A DNA stretch of 64,000 bases from Octopus sinensis. Its lineage: Eukaryota. Of the stretch, positions 50,908 to 63,585 are shown piece by piece. A program made the position numbers and the translations under genes. The notes below the pieces were generated by a model. That model saw only the letters and a list, made by a program, of their open reading frames with translations, did not search any database and had not been told where the DNA came from. The DNA is taken from contig NC_043017.1 of NCBI RefSeq assembly GCF_006345805.1, forward strand, positions 33,294,001 to 33,358,000. The letters are read 5' to 3'. Position 1 is the stretch's first letter, and each line of letters starts with the position of its first letter.

Positions 50908-52287
50908 CTTGCAGATAAATTGAAACAGTTTTACTATGCATAAATCTAGTAATAAATACTAAAGTAATGGTAGTGGACAGATTATACAGCAATAATTTTA
51001 ATGTAACATTTATTACAAAAAACAATTTGAGACCAAGTTTAAGCAGTTGACTTAGTGGGTTTAACATTTCATTTTTTGTCAAAATCTTGCTTCCTTAATA
51101 ATCTACTTCTCCTCTTCATTTTTCAGGTAACTGATTCAACAAGAGAAAGTCGTGGAACAACAGAATAGTTCCGCCATTGTTGTTTCGACTTGCACCGGGC
51201 ACAACGCCAATAAAATTGTATTGTTGATGAAAACTTCCAAAATCAACATTTTATCGCGTGTATAAACAATTTAAAGAAGAGAGAAAGATTGATTGTAAAA
51301 ACACAAAACTCGAAGTGATTCCAAATGCAATCCAAAATTTCTCACTGGCCTCAAACGCTTGACTTGAAGCCAACCCATCGACATCCATGACAATTCTTGG
51401 AAAGAAACGCAACGTGTTCCTCTCCACGGTGTCCAGAGCTGTGACCAGCAATCGTGGTATGGTTATCGACGACGCCGTCACCTCCAAGGCCAAATCAATC
51501 AGGGCTGAGAGATGCTCAAAATTTCTACCCTTCATCAAGCATCAAGGTGCAGGAAAAACTCCCGTGTTTGTGGACGAGAAGAAGCTCATTGTGGACGCTG
51601 AGGTGAATCGCAGAAATACTTTAGTGATTGCATACAACACTTCTGACGTCCCCCACTGTTTGCGACTAAGAATTCTACCTCTGTGGTGTTATTTGGAGCC
51701 ATGACGAGTGAGGGAAATGTCATGGATCCACACTTCATTGGGTCTGGCTTGAAGATCGTCACAGATGAGTATCTGGACATCGGGAAGAACTCCCTGTTAC
51801 CTTGTTTGATGCAGAAGTTTGGGTTTGACAATGTGGTGCTTGTCCAGAATTCTGCACTATGCCATAGGTCAAAAGCAACAGAGGCCTTCCTTGGTGAGAA
51901 GGAGCCATTTTTTGTGAGGACCTGCATCTGTACCAGTAATAGCTCAGATCTCAACCTTCTCGATTGTTTTTTATGGTGCGTACTTCAATTAAGGACGGAT
52001 GCTTCACCAATTTCGATTGTCAACAGTTTGAAGGCCTACATCGTGGGTAAGGCATGTAAAATCGAAAAGGCAGAGGTTGCAGCAGCTGCGGAAAAATTTC
52101 GTCCTCGCGTGAAGGCAGTAATTGGCCAAAAGAGCAGCCATATTGTGTGATATGTGTTTTGTTTTGTTTTGTTTTTTGTAATAAATGTTACATTAAAATT
52201 ATAGCTGTATAATCTGTCCACTACCATTATTTTAGTAATTATTACTAGTTTTATGCATTGTAAAATTGTTTCAATTTATCTGCAAGC

Positions 52288-52290
<3 letters not shown>
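50904..52290 (+). mobile_element. Tc1/mariner element (maT/DD37D-like), frameshifted transposase, inserted in (TA)n
   Basis: About 115-bp TIRs; motifs FVDEKKLIVDAEVNRRN, VLVQNSALCH (QDSAP-H relic), SSDLNLLDCFLW (SPDLNP relic). Confidence 0.85.
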
Positions 52291-52335
<45 letters not shown>

Positions 52336-52606
52336 TATATAATATATCGTATAATTCGAGTAGACACTTCGTAATGTGCATTTAAGAAAATTCCAACAAG
52401 ATTTAATTGTATTTCACCCGATGAAGCGCCTACACATAGGTGTTGCTGAAAATGTTCAAATATATGGTAATTATATAGAAGGATCATCTATATGATATAT
52501 GAATATTAAACTCACCAACTTGAAGCTGGTGTGTGGTGCATAAACAAACGCTATGATCAACTATTAAACCCTTATATCCTCCCTCCTCGTGTTATATTAT
52601 TCTGAT

Positions 52607-52890
<284 letters not shown>

Positions 52891-53571
52891 GGTGGGGTGT
52901 ATTCAGTTTTTAGATCTTATTAACTACAGAAAATCATTCGTATAAAAAATCTAATAGATAATTCTTCTGCATCTGTTTTAGTGCTACAAGAGATGGGATG
53001 TAATTTGAATACTAAGATATACACTTTTCAATTCCATTCTCCTGCAGCAAAATTCGCAATAAATCTATTCAGAAATATATTTTATCTAACTCAAATATCA
53101 ATATAATTCCAGTGCAAGTCATTGGATGATTTCCAAAATATTTTTCAGAATATTTTCGAAATGTCAGGAAGCATTGAAGTTTTTTTTTTTTTTTCCTCTT
53201 TCTACATAAACTTAAACAGAAAGAAATTGAATATTTGTTGTATATTATTTATTTAGTTTTCTTCTTTTTTCTTTTTTTCCTATTTTCTCTAATATTTTAC
53301 ATTTAGAGAATACTTAAGATACCAAATATTATTGTATACTATTCAAAATATAAATTAGTCACCGATACAAAATAAGTGCAAAGAATTACTTTGAATGCTG
53401 ATGAAATGTTGCAATTAATAAACTACGAAATCAACATTAAATTCTACATAAGAGCAAACATCTAATTGCAGTATATTCTTATGTGTATTTGCAGTATATA
53501 TTGCACAATATATAATGCAATATATACGTCTACATATTACATGCTTGCGTGTATAAATATAAGAGTATTTT

Positions 53572-53978
53572 TTTTTACTTGTTTCAGTCATTTGACTGCG
53601 GCCATGCTGGAGCACCGCCTTTAATCGAGCAAATCGACCCCGGGACTTATTCTTTGTAAGCCCAGTACTTATTCTAGCGGTCTCTTTTGCTGAACCGCTA
53701 AGTGACGGGGACATAAACACACCAGCATCGGTTGTCAAGCAATGCTAGGGGGACGGACACAAACACACAAACATATACACACACATACATATATATATAT
53801 ATATACATATATACGATGGGCTTCTTTCAGTTTCCGTCTACCAAATCCACTCACAAGGCTTTGGTCGGCCCGAGGCTATAGAAGAAGACACTTGCCCAAG
53901 GTGCCACACAGTGGGACTGAACCCGGAACCATGTGGCTGGTAAGCAAGCTACTTACCACACAGCTACTCCTGCGCCTA
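53572..53978 (-). mobile_element. SINE family A
   Basis: Full-length copy. Confidence 0.9.
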
Positions 53979-54173
53979 TATAAATATACAAAAACACACA
54001 CGCTCACACATGTTATACATACATTAATACATATATATGTATGTGTATAGATGTGTATGTGTGTCTATGTGTGTGCGAGTGTATGCGTGAGTGTAGATGT
54101 ATATATGTATAAATGTATGTATGCATGTATACACACATATATAGATGTATTCGTGTCTGTTTATGTGTGTGGA

Positions 54174-54252
<79 letters not shown>

Positions 54253-55222
54253 GTGTGTGTGTGTGTGTGTGTATTTGTGTGTGTGTGAGTATAAGTGGAA
54301 ACTAGATGTGGCGCAAGTAGACAGTTGATGACATCTTCAGAGAAAGAATATAGACAAGTATTTCGACCCATTAGTACCTGACATTCTACGAGATCTAGTC
54401 TCCCTAGTTCATGACTCTTAGGTGCCCCCCCCCCACTGTTTCTGAAATGCCACTTTTATTGCGGACTGAACTTGGAACCTTTGCGTGATCTTTTTTCTAT
54501 TTTTAACTATGGTGTATGTCACTTGGCCACGAAGAACACCGCAAGACTTGCATTTTGGATCTATTTGAAACAGGATGTCCCTCCAACTATGTCTAACGGC
54601 TCGCTGTATTCCTTTTCAGCTCCAGCTATCGCTTCTATTTACCTGTAACCGCATTGAGCTCTTTTCATCTTTCCCTGACAGGCGTTTCATCGTTGTCTCT
54701 GTTCTTTTGCAATTTCTGATTCTACACTGACCTACTACTTGCTACATGTATGAAGTAACAAACCTTTCTGTGCCAACTTCCGCTGCTTTTACTGTGCAAG
54801 ATTTTCCCTCTTTTGCCAGTTATTCTCTCTTTATAAAATAACAATCTCACAGATTTTTTCCGTATGCTCCGTGAACTCCTTCTTATAATATCTAACATCA
54901 TTTTATAATTTGTTTTCTTTATTTCTCTTCCGTGCTGCTCTGTTCCTCTTTGTAAAGCTGCTTAGGGTTAGGGTTAGGGTGACGAGGACACAACCATGTT
55001 TCCTTCAACCCTTCTCACTTTCTGGATAAAGGGCTGCTGTTTGTGATTCCAGAAAACTATGTCACGGTGAATGTAAGAGAAAAAAACAACTGAGCATTTC
55101 ACTGTATTAAATCCGTTACGATAAAATGTAATGTTAATTTTGGCGGGATTTGAACTTCAGAGATCATAGATCCAGAACAAACAGTGCACTCTTTGTCTGC
55201 TACTAATTTCCTTTAGAAATAC

Positions 55223-55255
<33 letters not shown>

Positions 55256-55280
55256 GGAAAGTGCGTGTGTGTGTGCACTT

Positions 55281-55622
55281 TCTTGGGCAAGTGTCTTCTG
55301 CTATAGCCCCGGGCCGACTAATGCCTTGTGAGTGGATTTGGTAGACGGGAACTGAAAGAAGCCTGTCGTATATATGTATATATATATAAGTGTGTGTGTA
55401 TATGTTTGTGTGTCTGTGTTTATCTCCCTAGCATTGCTTGACAACCGATACTGGTGTGTTTACGTCCCCGTCACCTAGCGGTTCGGCAAAAGAGACCGAT
55501 AGAATAAGTACTGGGCTTACAAAGAATAAGTCCCGGGGTCGATTTTCTCGACTAAAGGTGGTGTTCCAGCATGGCCGCAGTCAAATGACTGAAACAAGTA
55601 AAAGAGTAAAAGAGTAAAAGAG
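55281..55622 (+). mobile_element. SINE family A (head truncated)
   Basis: Match to family consensus. Confidence 0.88.
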
Positions 55623-55705
55623 TATATATATATATATATTATATATATATATATTATATATATATATGTATATATATATGTCACTTACTCTCTCCCCATA
55701 TATAT

Positions 55706-56050
55706 ATATATATTGATAAAAACGGTAAGATAACAAAAGAAAGAAAGATACCTCGATATTATGTAAATATAGGAATTTATCCGTAAATGTAATATGTGAC
55801 AATTATTCGGTAGCCATGATGAAACTCCGAGTTTCAGATGCCGAGTAGGAAATCCACGCCGCCATCTCTTCAGTCATTGGAAAAACGCTACGAAAAATGA
55901 CCGTTATACAAAGGGAAATAACTGTGTTATTGATCGTTATTAAGACAAAAGAGCTCTTCGAATAACCGCTAAGGAAGGGAGTAAAAAGTTTATAGTATTC
56001 TCGAAGCGCGCCGTTCATACTTATGCATGCCTGTTCATATCTTCGATATC
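55706..56050 (-). mobile_element. HHR-bearing non-coding element; 3' end shared with 2056-2095
   Basis: TAAAAACGGTAAGATAACAAAAGAAAG occurs at both sites next to (TA)n; right-hand boundary approximate. Confidence 0.55.
55814..55880 (-). ncRNA. Type I hammerhead with an extra U before GAAA
   Basis: CCA-ATGA-CTGAAGA-GATG(22 nt)CATC-T-GAAA-CTC(G)GAG-T-T-TCAT-CA-TGG. Confidence 0.72.
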
Positions 56051-56069
56051 ACATTTTTGTATGCCCCCC

Positions 56070-56690
56070 CCCCACCTTAGTGATATTCAAATTTTCACAA
56101 TCTCAATTGATACATTTCCTTTGATTCTTTCTATTCGTCCAACACATCCAGAGTTCATTAAAGGATATTGTCCCACTTTCCCCCCTTCATCCTATCAATA
56201 CATTCCGCTTTATCTTTTTCAATGGTTGACCTGTTTCCTCTTGAATCTCCAGCTTTTCTGTACTCATTCTCCTTCTATGCTATTGGCCTTCATAATAAGA
56301 AATTTCAATCTTTGTTTAAAAAATCAATTCTTCCACAGTCTACTGTCAGTTTTCTCTTGCTGCAGTATCGATTTGTTTGCTCTTCTTTATGTCTGTGAGA
56401 TTCCAAACAATCTTCTCCGACACAGCATTTTAAATGCATTAATTTTCTTAAGTTATTGTTTATTAATTGTCCAGTTTTCACATCCATACCTCATTACTGG
56501 TTATATCATCAATTATTTTAACAACCTCCCTTTCGTTTTGCACAATATTTCTTTATCTTTCATAATTTTCTTCAGTCCTATGACGGTAAGCTTTCCTGAT
56601 CTTGAAAGCATCAGCCTCGAATGGCAGAATTACTATGTTGTACAGATTAACACCACTGCTTGGAACCCCAGATGCCATTCATAGATTACA
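56070..56690 (-). pseudogene. RTE-clade LINE RT C-terminal relic
   Basis: PVMRYGCENWTINK...KINAFKMLCRRRL, with many stops. Confidence 0.65.
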
Positions 56691-57099
56691 CTCTAAAGCA
56701 AGCGTTAACAGGGTATTCAGATTAAAGTTGATTATTATTTTATGACCATTTTTTCAGGAACAAATGTATTGGTGAACAGTCAACGGCATTGAATAGTATA
56801 TGATTTAAGTCAAGAAAAGTCAGCTGACATGGAGGGGATGGGAGCCACCTGAATATTGGGAAAAGATTACCTGTATTATGATGATTTGTGCTGGGTATCA
56901 AAATGCTGATAGTATGATTGTTGCTCAATATTTTGTGGACGTTGTAAAAGCAGTAAGTCATGACATGGACAGCTGCAATGGAAATGACAAAGCTGTGGCC
57001 AACAGGAAGGGATGCAACGGGCATTCTGACCGCATCTGCTCATTGGAATTCATACCCATTTGTTTGAACAAGGCCTTAGGCTTAATTCAGGCAGCTATG

Positions 57100-57480
57100 T
57101 GAAGCTTTGCTTGAGATTGTGGTCAAAACCTTGCTAGATAGGGTTGCTGCTAGAAGGTCGTATATGTGTGGCAGCAGGATTCAGCTCCTTCCTGTATTTC
57201 TAGAGTCAGAGAATGTCTATGAGTTCCACTTCACTCGTCTCAATTTCTACCCTCATAATTGCCTCGATTTTAATCACATGGATTACTGTGAGTGGACTGC
57301 CATTGAGAAAGACACCAATGCCAAGTTGGTGGCCGAGATCAAGTGGACATTTAATGATTTTCCTAGAGCGCAGCAAAGAATGCATATGCCATGTTCTGGG
57401 GCTGTCTTGAGGTCATGGTGGAAGCTGAGCATGGATCCTCCGAGCAAACTTAACTCCCAGCCATTATCTAGCTGATATTT
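57100..57480 (+). pseudogene. maT-like transposase C-terminal relic
   Basis: QQDSAP; FYPHNCLDFNHMDYCEWTAIEKDTN (WPP.SPD.NP.DY relic). Confidence 0.65.
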
Positions 57481-57779
57481 CTGGATTTTTTTTAAATATT
57501 CAATTTTTGGATGGGGTGTTTTTTTTTCCTTTTATACAAACTGTCAACTTTAGTCCTGATTGAAAGATACCTTCTCCCCATCTCTCCCACCAGACTTGAT
57601 GTCCTGCAAATAGTCATAGGCACTGTTCTTACTTCTTGACTAAAGTAAAAAGAAATAGTACACTCAGAACCATTTCTTTTGTTCGATTTCCATCTTAAAT
57701 TTCTTTAAAGTTGAAGTTCGTTTATCTTTTTTTTTTGCTTTGAGTGCACACAGGCAGCTGTGTGTCTGTTAAATTTCAC

Positions 57780-58420
57780 TTTAATCTTTTCATTAACTTT
57801 TCCAAAATTCTTTTTAAATGCATTTCATTTACCACCTGGATTGTGACACCTGCATGTCACGGATTTTTAATTGCTTTCCCCTTTATTTTAATTCATTCTA
57901 TCTTATCTATTTTGGTGACTGCATAATATGAAACCAACAAGAGAAGCTATGCAATCTTGACTAATTCCTTTCTTGTTTTATAAACCATTTTATGTCACCT
58001 AAATTCTGTTTTACTGTAGCTTTTTGTTCTTTTGTATGAAAAGGGTAAAATGCTCTCACTCTCATTTCTTTCAACCATATCCACAATATTTGATGATCAA
58101 CACAATCAAAACCTTTGTTGTAATCAATGCAAACACATGTACACCATTTTACAGAACTCCCCAGATGATTAGATTTTCTATTTCAGGTTTAAGAATTGAT
58201 TTCTTGTCCTCCTTCCTTTCTCAAAACCATTTTGTTATGAAACCGATCTACTTCCTGAAATTTCTTCATCCAGTTTTAAATAAATTTTCAAAATACTTTA
58301 CTTCCATTGATGTGAGGGCAGTTGTCCTGTAATTATTGTATCCCCACACATTAATTTTTATTTGGAATAGAGATACATACAGACATCTCCCAGTCTGTTG
58401 GTCATTGTCTTTTAGTGCAA
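57780..58420 (-). pseudogene. RTE-clade LINE RT N-terminal relic (possibly the same copy as 56070-56690)
   Basis: PTDWEMSVCISIP...NYRTTAL...QNGFEKGRRTRNQ...KVFDCVDHQILW. Confidence 0.65.
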
Positions 58421-58494
58421 ATATTTGAGACAAATTTTGATAACTACTTTAAAAATATCTTCATTTACTGCTTTCAATACTTTGATAGAAATTG

Positions 58495-58710
58495 AGATGG
58501 GAAGCTGGCAGAATCGTTAGCACATCAGGCAAATGTTTTATGGCATTTCATCCATCTTCAAGTTCTGAGTTCAAATTCTACTGAGAGCAACGTTGCCTTT
58601 CTTTATTTTGGGGTTGATATATTTATTACAGTGAAACACTGGGGGTCAATTTAATTTATTTACTGCCTGCTCTGAAATTACTGCATCCAAATTTGAAATC
58701 ATTAATTGAA
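58495..58710 (+). mobile_element. SINE family C (highly diverged)
   Basis: GAAGCTGGCAGAATCGTTAGCAC...GTTCTGAGTTCAAATTC. Confidence 0.6.
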
Positions 58711-59510
58711 TGGAAATATATTTTGTTACCTCAAATAAATACTCTAATATTCCAACTGTTCTTGTATTCCTTCTAACAAGCAAACCATTGTCAAATATTT
58801 CAAAACTCTATATAAGTCAACACGTCAAATACACTATATAACAAGTCAACATGTTAATTCCTCTATTAACTATATACTCTAAATGGCTACATTGTGTCAA
58901 GGGAATTTTAAAGTATTTTGCTCATCTTTTAAAGTATTCTGATTCATTTTTAAGAAGATCTACAGAATGTTATAAGATACTCTAGGGTGATGAGTTGGCA
59001 GAATTGTTAGCATGCTGGGCTAACTATATCAGGATATATGTACAATCAAGAGATGTAAGGATTCAATGGTTGGTGTGTTTATAATGTGCGCACGATACTC
59101 ACTGCAATGCCTCAACAAAGAAGAAGAAAGTTTGATTTAAATTCGGTTTGTGTATATATTCGTGTGTGGTGCGTGCTGATATATAAAACTGTGTGTATGG
59201 TTTTTCTAGAATTCGGTATGTACTGACAATTATCTTTACGAAGTAGAATCGCGTGTTTTCAATCGTGGTTGCTACACGTGGTAACACAGAGACTTACGAC
59301 AAGGAGACGCACAGTTATTTTCTTTTTGTAGGATCATTAAAGGTACTGTTCCATTATCCAAGGAATGTGTTGTGTACTTATTAAGTTTTGTCAGAGGGGA
59401 ATATCAGGTTTTCAGGTATCTCTCTCAACCTGTCATTACTTGTCTGCTTCTTAGCACAGTGGCCATCTTTCTGTATCCTCAATCATATTATTCATATTAT
59501 ATATCATGTA

Positions 59511-59541
<31 letters not shown>

Positions 59542-59646
59542 ATTTAGGGTATCTGAGAGATACCACCACGCTGAAAATAGCAGTCAAAATCTGACTCTAA
59601 AACCACATTAAATGAACATTTAAATATTGATTTTATCCTTATTTTC

Positions 59647-59700
<54 letters not shown>

Positions 59701-59704
<4 letters not shown>

Positions 59705-59905
59705 AGGCGTTGTGAGTGTTTATTGAGCGAAAACACCTAAAGCTCCACGAGGCTCCGGCAGGGGATGGTGGCGATCCCTGCTGTACTCTTTCGCCACAAC
59801 TTTCTCTCACTCTTTCTTCTGTTGGCCTGCTCGCTTAGCCAGCGGAGTGGCGTCATTTCAAGGCTAAAACAATGCGAAGCGCATTGTGACCAGCGATGTG
59901 TAGCA
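59701..59905 (+). mobile_element. SINE family B subfamily, truncated at the tandem array
   Basis: Match to the reverse complement of 32440-32745, with a head deletion. Confidence 0.8.
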
Positions 59906-60177
59906 GTATTTTTGCTAATACATACGCGGTGAAGCTACACATTAGCGTCGTATTTTTACGTTCGCTATTTCCAGTAAATACCGGTACTTAGTTGTGCCAT
60001 TTATTTACTAATTTGTGTATTTTTCCCTCACGGGCTACTTTTTACTGGAAGGCAATACTTTGTATTGCATTACTGATATTTTGAAACTTCTTCACCGTTT
60101 CTCGTAATGTTAGCGTTCCGCATTTCAGTCGAGTGTGTTAGTATTAATGTGGTAACATCGTAGATTTCGTCTTGGTA

Positions 60178-60256
60178 TATGTTTGGCTGATGAAGGTAAA
60201 ACAAAATATGGGTGAGAGACATATCTTGTAAAACCTGAAACCTGCAGGTACCACAT
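60178..60256 (+). ncRNA. Type I hammerhead ribozyme, array copy 1
   Basis: ATG-TT-TGG-CTGATGA-AGGT(..ACAA.ATATG..CATAT.TTGT..)ACCT-GAAA-CCTGCAGG-T-A-CCA-CAT. Intact core, GUA triplet, predicted cut after 60250. Confidence 0.9.
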
Positions 60257-60609
60257 TATCCTTTTCCGGGTGTTTCATCTTTCAGATGTTCTCCCTGGAG
60301 GTAAGACGGTTTTTTTTCTCTAATTTGTTGCACACACGCATTTTTGCTAATACATACGCGGTGAAGCTACACATTAGCGTCGTATTTTTACGTTCGCTAT
60401 TTCCAGTAAATATCGGTACTTAGTTGTGCCATTTATTTACTAATTTGTGTATTTTTCCCTCACGGGCTACTTTTTACTGGAAGGCAATACTTTGTATTGC
60501 ATTACTGATATTTTGAAACTTCTTCACCGTTTCTCGTAATGTTAGCGTTCCGCATTTCAGTCGAGTGTGTTAGTATTAATGTGGTAACATCGTAGATTTC
60601 GTCTTGGTA

Positions 60610-60688
60610 TATGTTTGGCTGATGAAGGTAAAACAAAATATGGGTGAGAGACATATCTTGTAAAACCTGAAACCTGCAGGTACCACAT
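60610..60688 (+). ncRNA. Type I hammerhead ribozyme, array copy 2
   Basis: Identical to copy 1 at +432; predicted cut after 60682. Confidence 0.9.
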
Positions 60689-60877
60689 TATCCTTTTCCG
60701 GGTGTTTCATCTTTCAGATGTTCTCCCTGGAGGTAAGACGGTTTTTTTTCTCTAATTTGTTGCACACACGCATTTTTGCTAATACATACGCGGTGAAGCT
60801 ACACATTAGCGTCGTATTTTTACGTTCGCTATTTCCAGTAAGTATCGGTACTTAGTTGTGCCATTTATTTACTAATT

Positions 60878-60916
<39 letters not shown>

Positions 60917-60921
<5 letters not shown>

Positions 60922-61020
60922 GCCTCTTTTAGTTTCTGTATGCCATATCCATTCACAAGACTGAACCCCAAACCATGTGGTTGGAAAGCAAACTTCATAC
61001 CACACGGCCACACCTGCAAT
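60917..61020 (-). mobile_element. SINE family A, deleted 5' half
   Basis: Diverged head match following the (TA)n at the array end. Confidence 0.65.
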
Positions 61021-61438
61021 AGTAGATAAATTTATTTCATGACTATGTGATTTTAAGTTTGATCCCATTGCATAGCACCAAAGTCTCATGAGTGAGGTTG
61101 AATTGACAGAAACTGTATGAAAGACTGCTTCTAAGATCAATTCTGAGTTTAGATTGTTGGCTTAATCTGCTGTTCGCACCATAACCTGGTGTTTAGGTGC
61201 TTTCAATGGAATTAATCTTGTAAAAATTTGGACCAGTTCTCCCCAGGTTGAAGATATTTTGCTCCCTTCTTTGACACCAGTTTTAGAAGCCCTGGAAGGG
61301 GTCATAAGTGATTCTTCCATTTTTAAGCTAGAAAAATATTTGGGAAAAAAATACAATATTTACCTGGCTGTGTTATTTCTAGATAATTCTTGAAAACACT
61401 GGTTACAGTGTTTCTGACTTTGCAAAAAATATATAATC

Positions 61439-61536
<98 letters not shown>

Positions 61537-61594
61537 GTGCAGAAGCTTCCTTGTCAACAAGCGGATCAACATTAACTATGACCTAGAAACATAC

Positions 61595-61767
61595 CAGACT
61601 TGATTTGTTTTCTCCTGAAATATTGATTAGAATATTTTTTTCCTCCTTTATTCTAAAACAGAATACAACTTGCTCTGAACCATTGCCATAGAACCATAAA
61701 ACAAACATGTGTGACTCATGGGGAATCAGTTTATTTTTAGTAGATTTGATATCACATTTGTCAATAT
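61595..61767 (-). CDS. Candidate internal coding exon of an unidentified host gene
   Basis: Acceptor TTTTGTTTCTTCTCTTGACAG|, donor CTG|GTATGT, 173 nt, open frame DIDKCDIKSTKNKLIPHESHMFVLWFYGNGSEQVVFCFRIKEEKNILINISGENKSSL; non-repetitive sequence. Confidence 0.5.
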
Positions 61768-61969
61768 CTGTCAAGAGAAGAAACAAAACGTTACAAATTC
61801 TTCCAACAATGTCTAGAATGGTAAAATTCTTTTATTTTAATTCTAAAATCAGATAAAAATTATTGAATTGGCATTATTAAGGAATTACTATAAACTTGGA
61901 CTGTTGGTTGTGTTGTTGCTATAGGAAAGGTGGGTATTTAGATTTAGCCTTCAACATTATCCTTTTTTA

Positions 61970-62540
61970 TATTTTTCATTGTTTCAGTCATTAGGCTGTG
62001 GTCATACTGGGGCATCACCTTGGGGAATGTTTAAGTAGAACTAATTGATCTCAGTACTTTTTTTCCAAGTTTGGTACTTATTATACCAGTCTCTTTTGTT
62101 GAACTGCTAATTTATGGGGGATGTAAACACACCCATTTTTTACTACCCACAAAGGGCTAAATACAGAGAGGACAAACAAGGACAGACAAACGGATTAAGT
62201 CGATTATATCGACCCCAGTGCGTAACCGGTACTTAATTTATCGACCACGAAAGAATGAAAGGCAAAGTCGACCTCAGCGAAATTTGAACTCAGAACGTAA
62301 CGGCAGACGAAATACGGCTACGCATTTCACCCGGCGTGCTAACCTTTCTGCCACAACCACACACGGATATATACATATATGTATATGACAAGCTTCTTTC
62401 AGTTTCCATCTACTAATTCTACTGACAAGGTTTGGATCGGCCTATGGCTACTGTAGAAGACACTTGCACAAGGTACCATGCAGTGGGACTGAACCTGGAA
62501 CCATGTGATTGGGAAGCAAATTTTGTACCACACAGCCATT
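61970..62540 (-). mobile_element. Old SINE family A copy with a SINE family C (62137-62352, minus strand) nested inside
   Basis: Collinear family A halves flank a young family C copy. Confidence 0.7.
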
Positions 62541-62614
62541 ATGTGGTATGGTCTATAGAAGTTATGTTACTTTGTCTCGTCCTCTGACCAGAAGTGGAAG
62601 AACTTCAGACGCAG

Positions 62615-62765
62615 GTACGTAGCTTGCTTACCAGCCACATGGTTCCGGGTTCAGTCCGACAGCGTGGCTCCTTGAGCAAGTGTCTTCTATTATAGCCTCG
62701 GTCCGACCAAAGCCTTGTGAGTGGATTTGGTAGACGGAAACTGAAAGAAGCCCATCATATATATG

Positions 62766-62829
<64 letters not shown>

Positions 62830-63035
62830 TGTGTCTGTGTTTGTCCCCCAACATCGCCTGACAACTGATGCTGGTGTGTTTACGTCCCAGTAACATAGCG
62901 GTTCTGCAAAAGAGACCGATAGAATAAGTACTAGGCTTACAAAGAATACGTCCTGGGGTCAATTTGCTCGACTAAAGGTGGTGCTCCAGCATGGCCACAT
63001 TCAAACGACTGAAACGAGTAAAAGAGTAAAAGAGT
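62615..63035 (+). mobile_element. SINE family A
   Basis: Near-full copy with head deletion. Confidence 0.88.
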
Positions 63036-63179
63036 ATGATCGTTCTATGTGCTAAGAATATCAACCAAATGTTCCTCAAATTACACCTAACCATCTTAAA
63101 GCAAGAAAGAAAGAATGCCTTAAAATAGAAGTCAGAATGATTATGGTTTTATATGGCTTTGCTTCTCTAGGACTAAGCA

Positions 63180-63585
63180 ACAATGACTGTGGCCAAACTG
63201 GGGCACCACCTTGAAGGGCTTTAGTTGAACAAACCAAACCTAGGACTTATTTATTTAAGCCTAGTACTTATTCTGTCAGTTCTTTAGCTGAACCACTAAG
63301 TCACAGGGATATAAACACACCAACACTGGTTGTCAAGCAGTGGTGGTAGAACAGACAGACACACACACACACACACGCATACACACACACGCGCACACAC
63401 GCACACATACATAAATGCATTTACGATGGGCTTTTTCAGTTTCTGTCAACCAAATCTACTCACAAGACTTTGGTCAACTAGAGGCTATAGTAGAAGACAC
63501 TTGCCGAAGGTACCAAGCGGTGGGACTGAAGCTGGAACCATATGACTGGAAAGCAATCTTCTTACCACAAAGCCATGTCTGCACC
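63180..63585 (-). mobile_element. SINE family A (diverged)
   Basis: Match to family consensus. Confidence 0.75.

Larger units (their letters stand above)
59909..60880 (+). mobile_element. Tandem array of a 432-bp hammerhead-containing monomer (2.25 copies); retrozyme-like
   Basis: GCTAATACATACGCGG at 59914, 60346 and 60778; copies differ at about 2 positions; ends in (TA)n. Confidence 0.9.

Noticed and set aside
59320-59430. Plus-strand candidate exon (IIKGTVPLSKECVVYLLSFVRGEYQVF)
   Set aside because: Good acceptor but weak donor, no recognisable homology, and the phase is not compatible with neighbouring candidates; unsupported
59909-60880. CRISPR-like array or endless rolling-circle ORF (432 is divisible by 3)
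   Set aside because: There are no unique spacers and the context is eukaryotic; the ORF track shows no ORF of 60 aa or more inside the monomer
62560-62620. Plus-strand microexon AAGTGGAAGAACTTCAGACGCAG|GTACGT
   Set aside because: The apparent donor is explained by a deletion in the adjacent SINE A head
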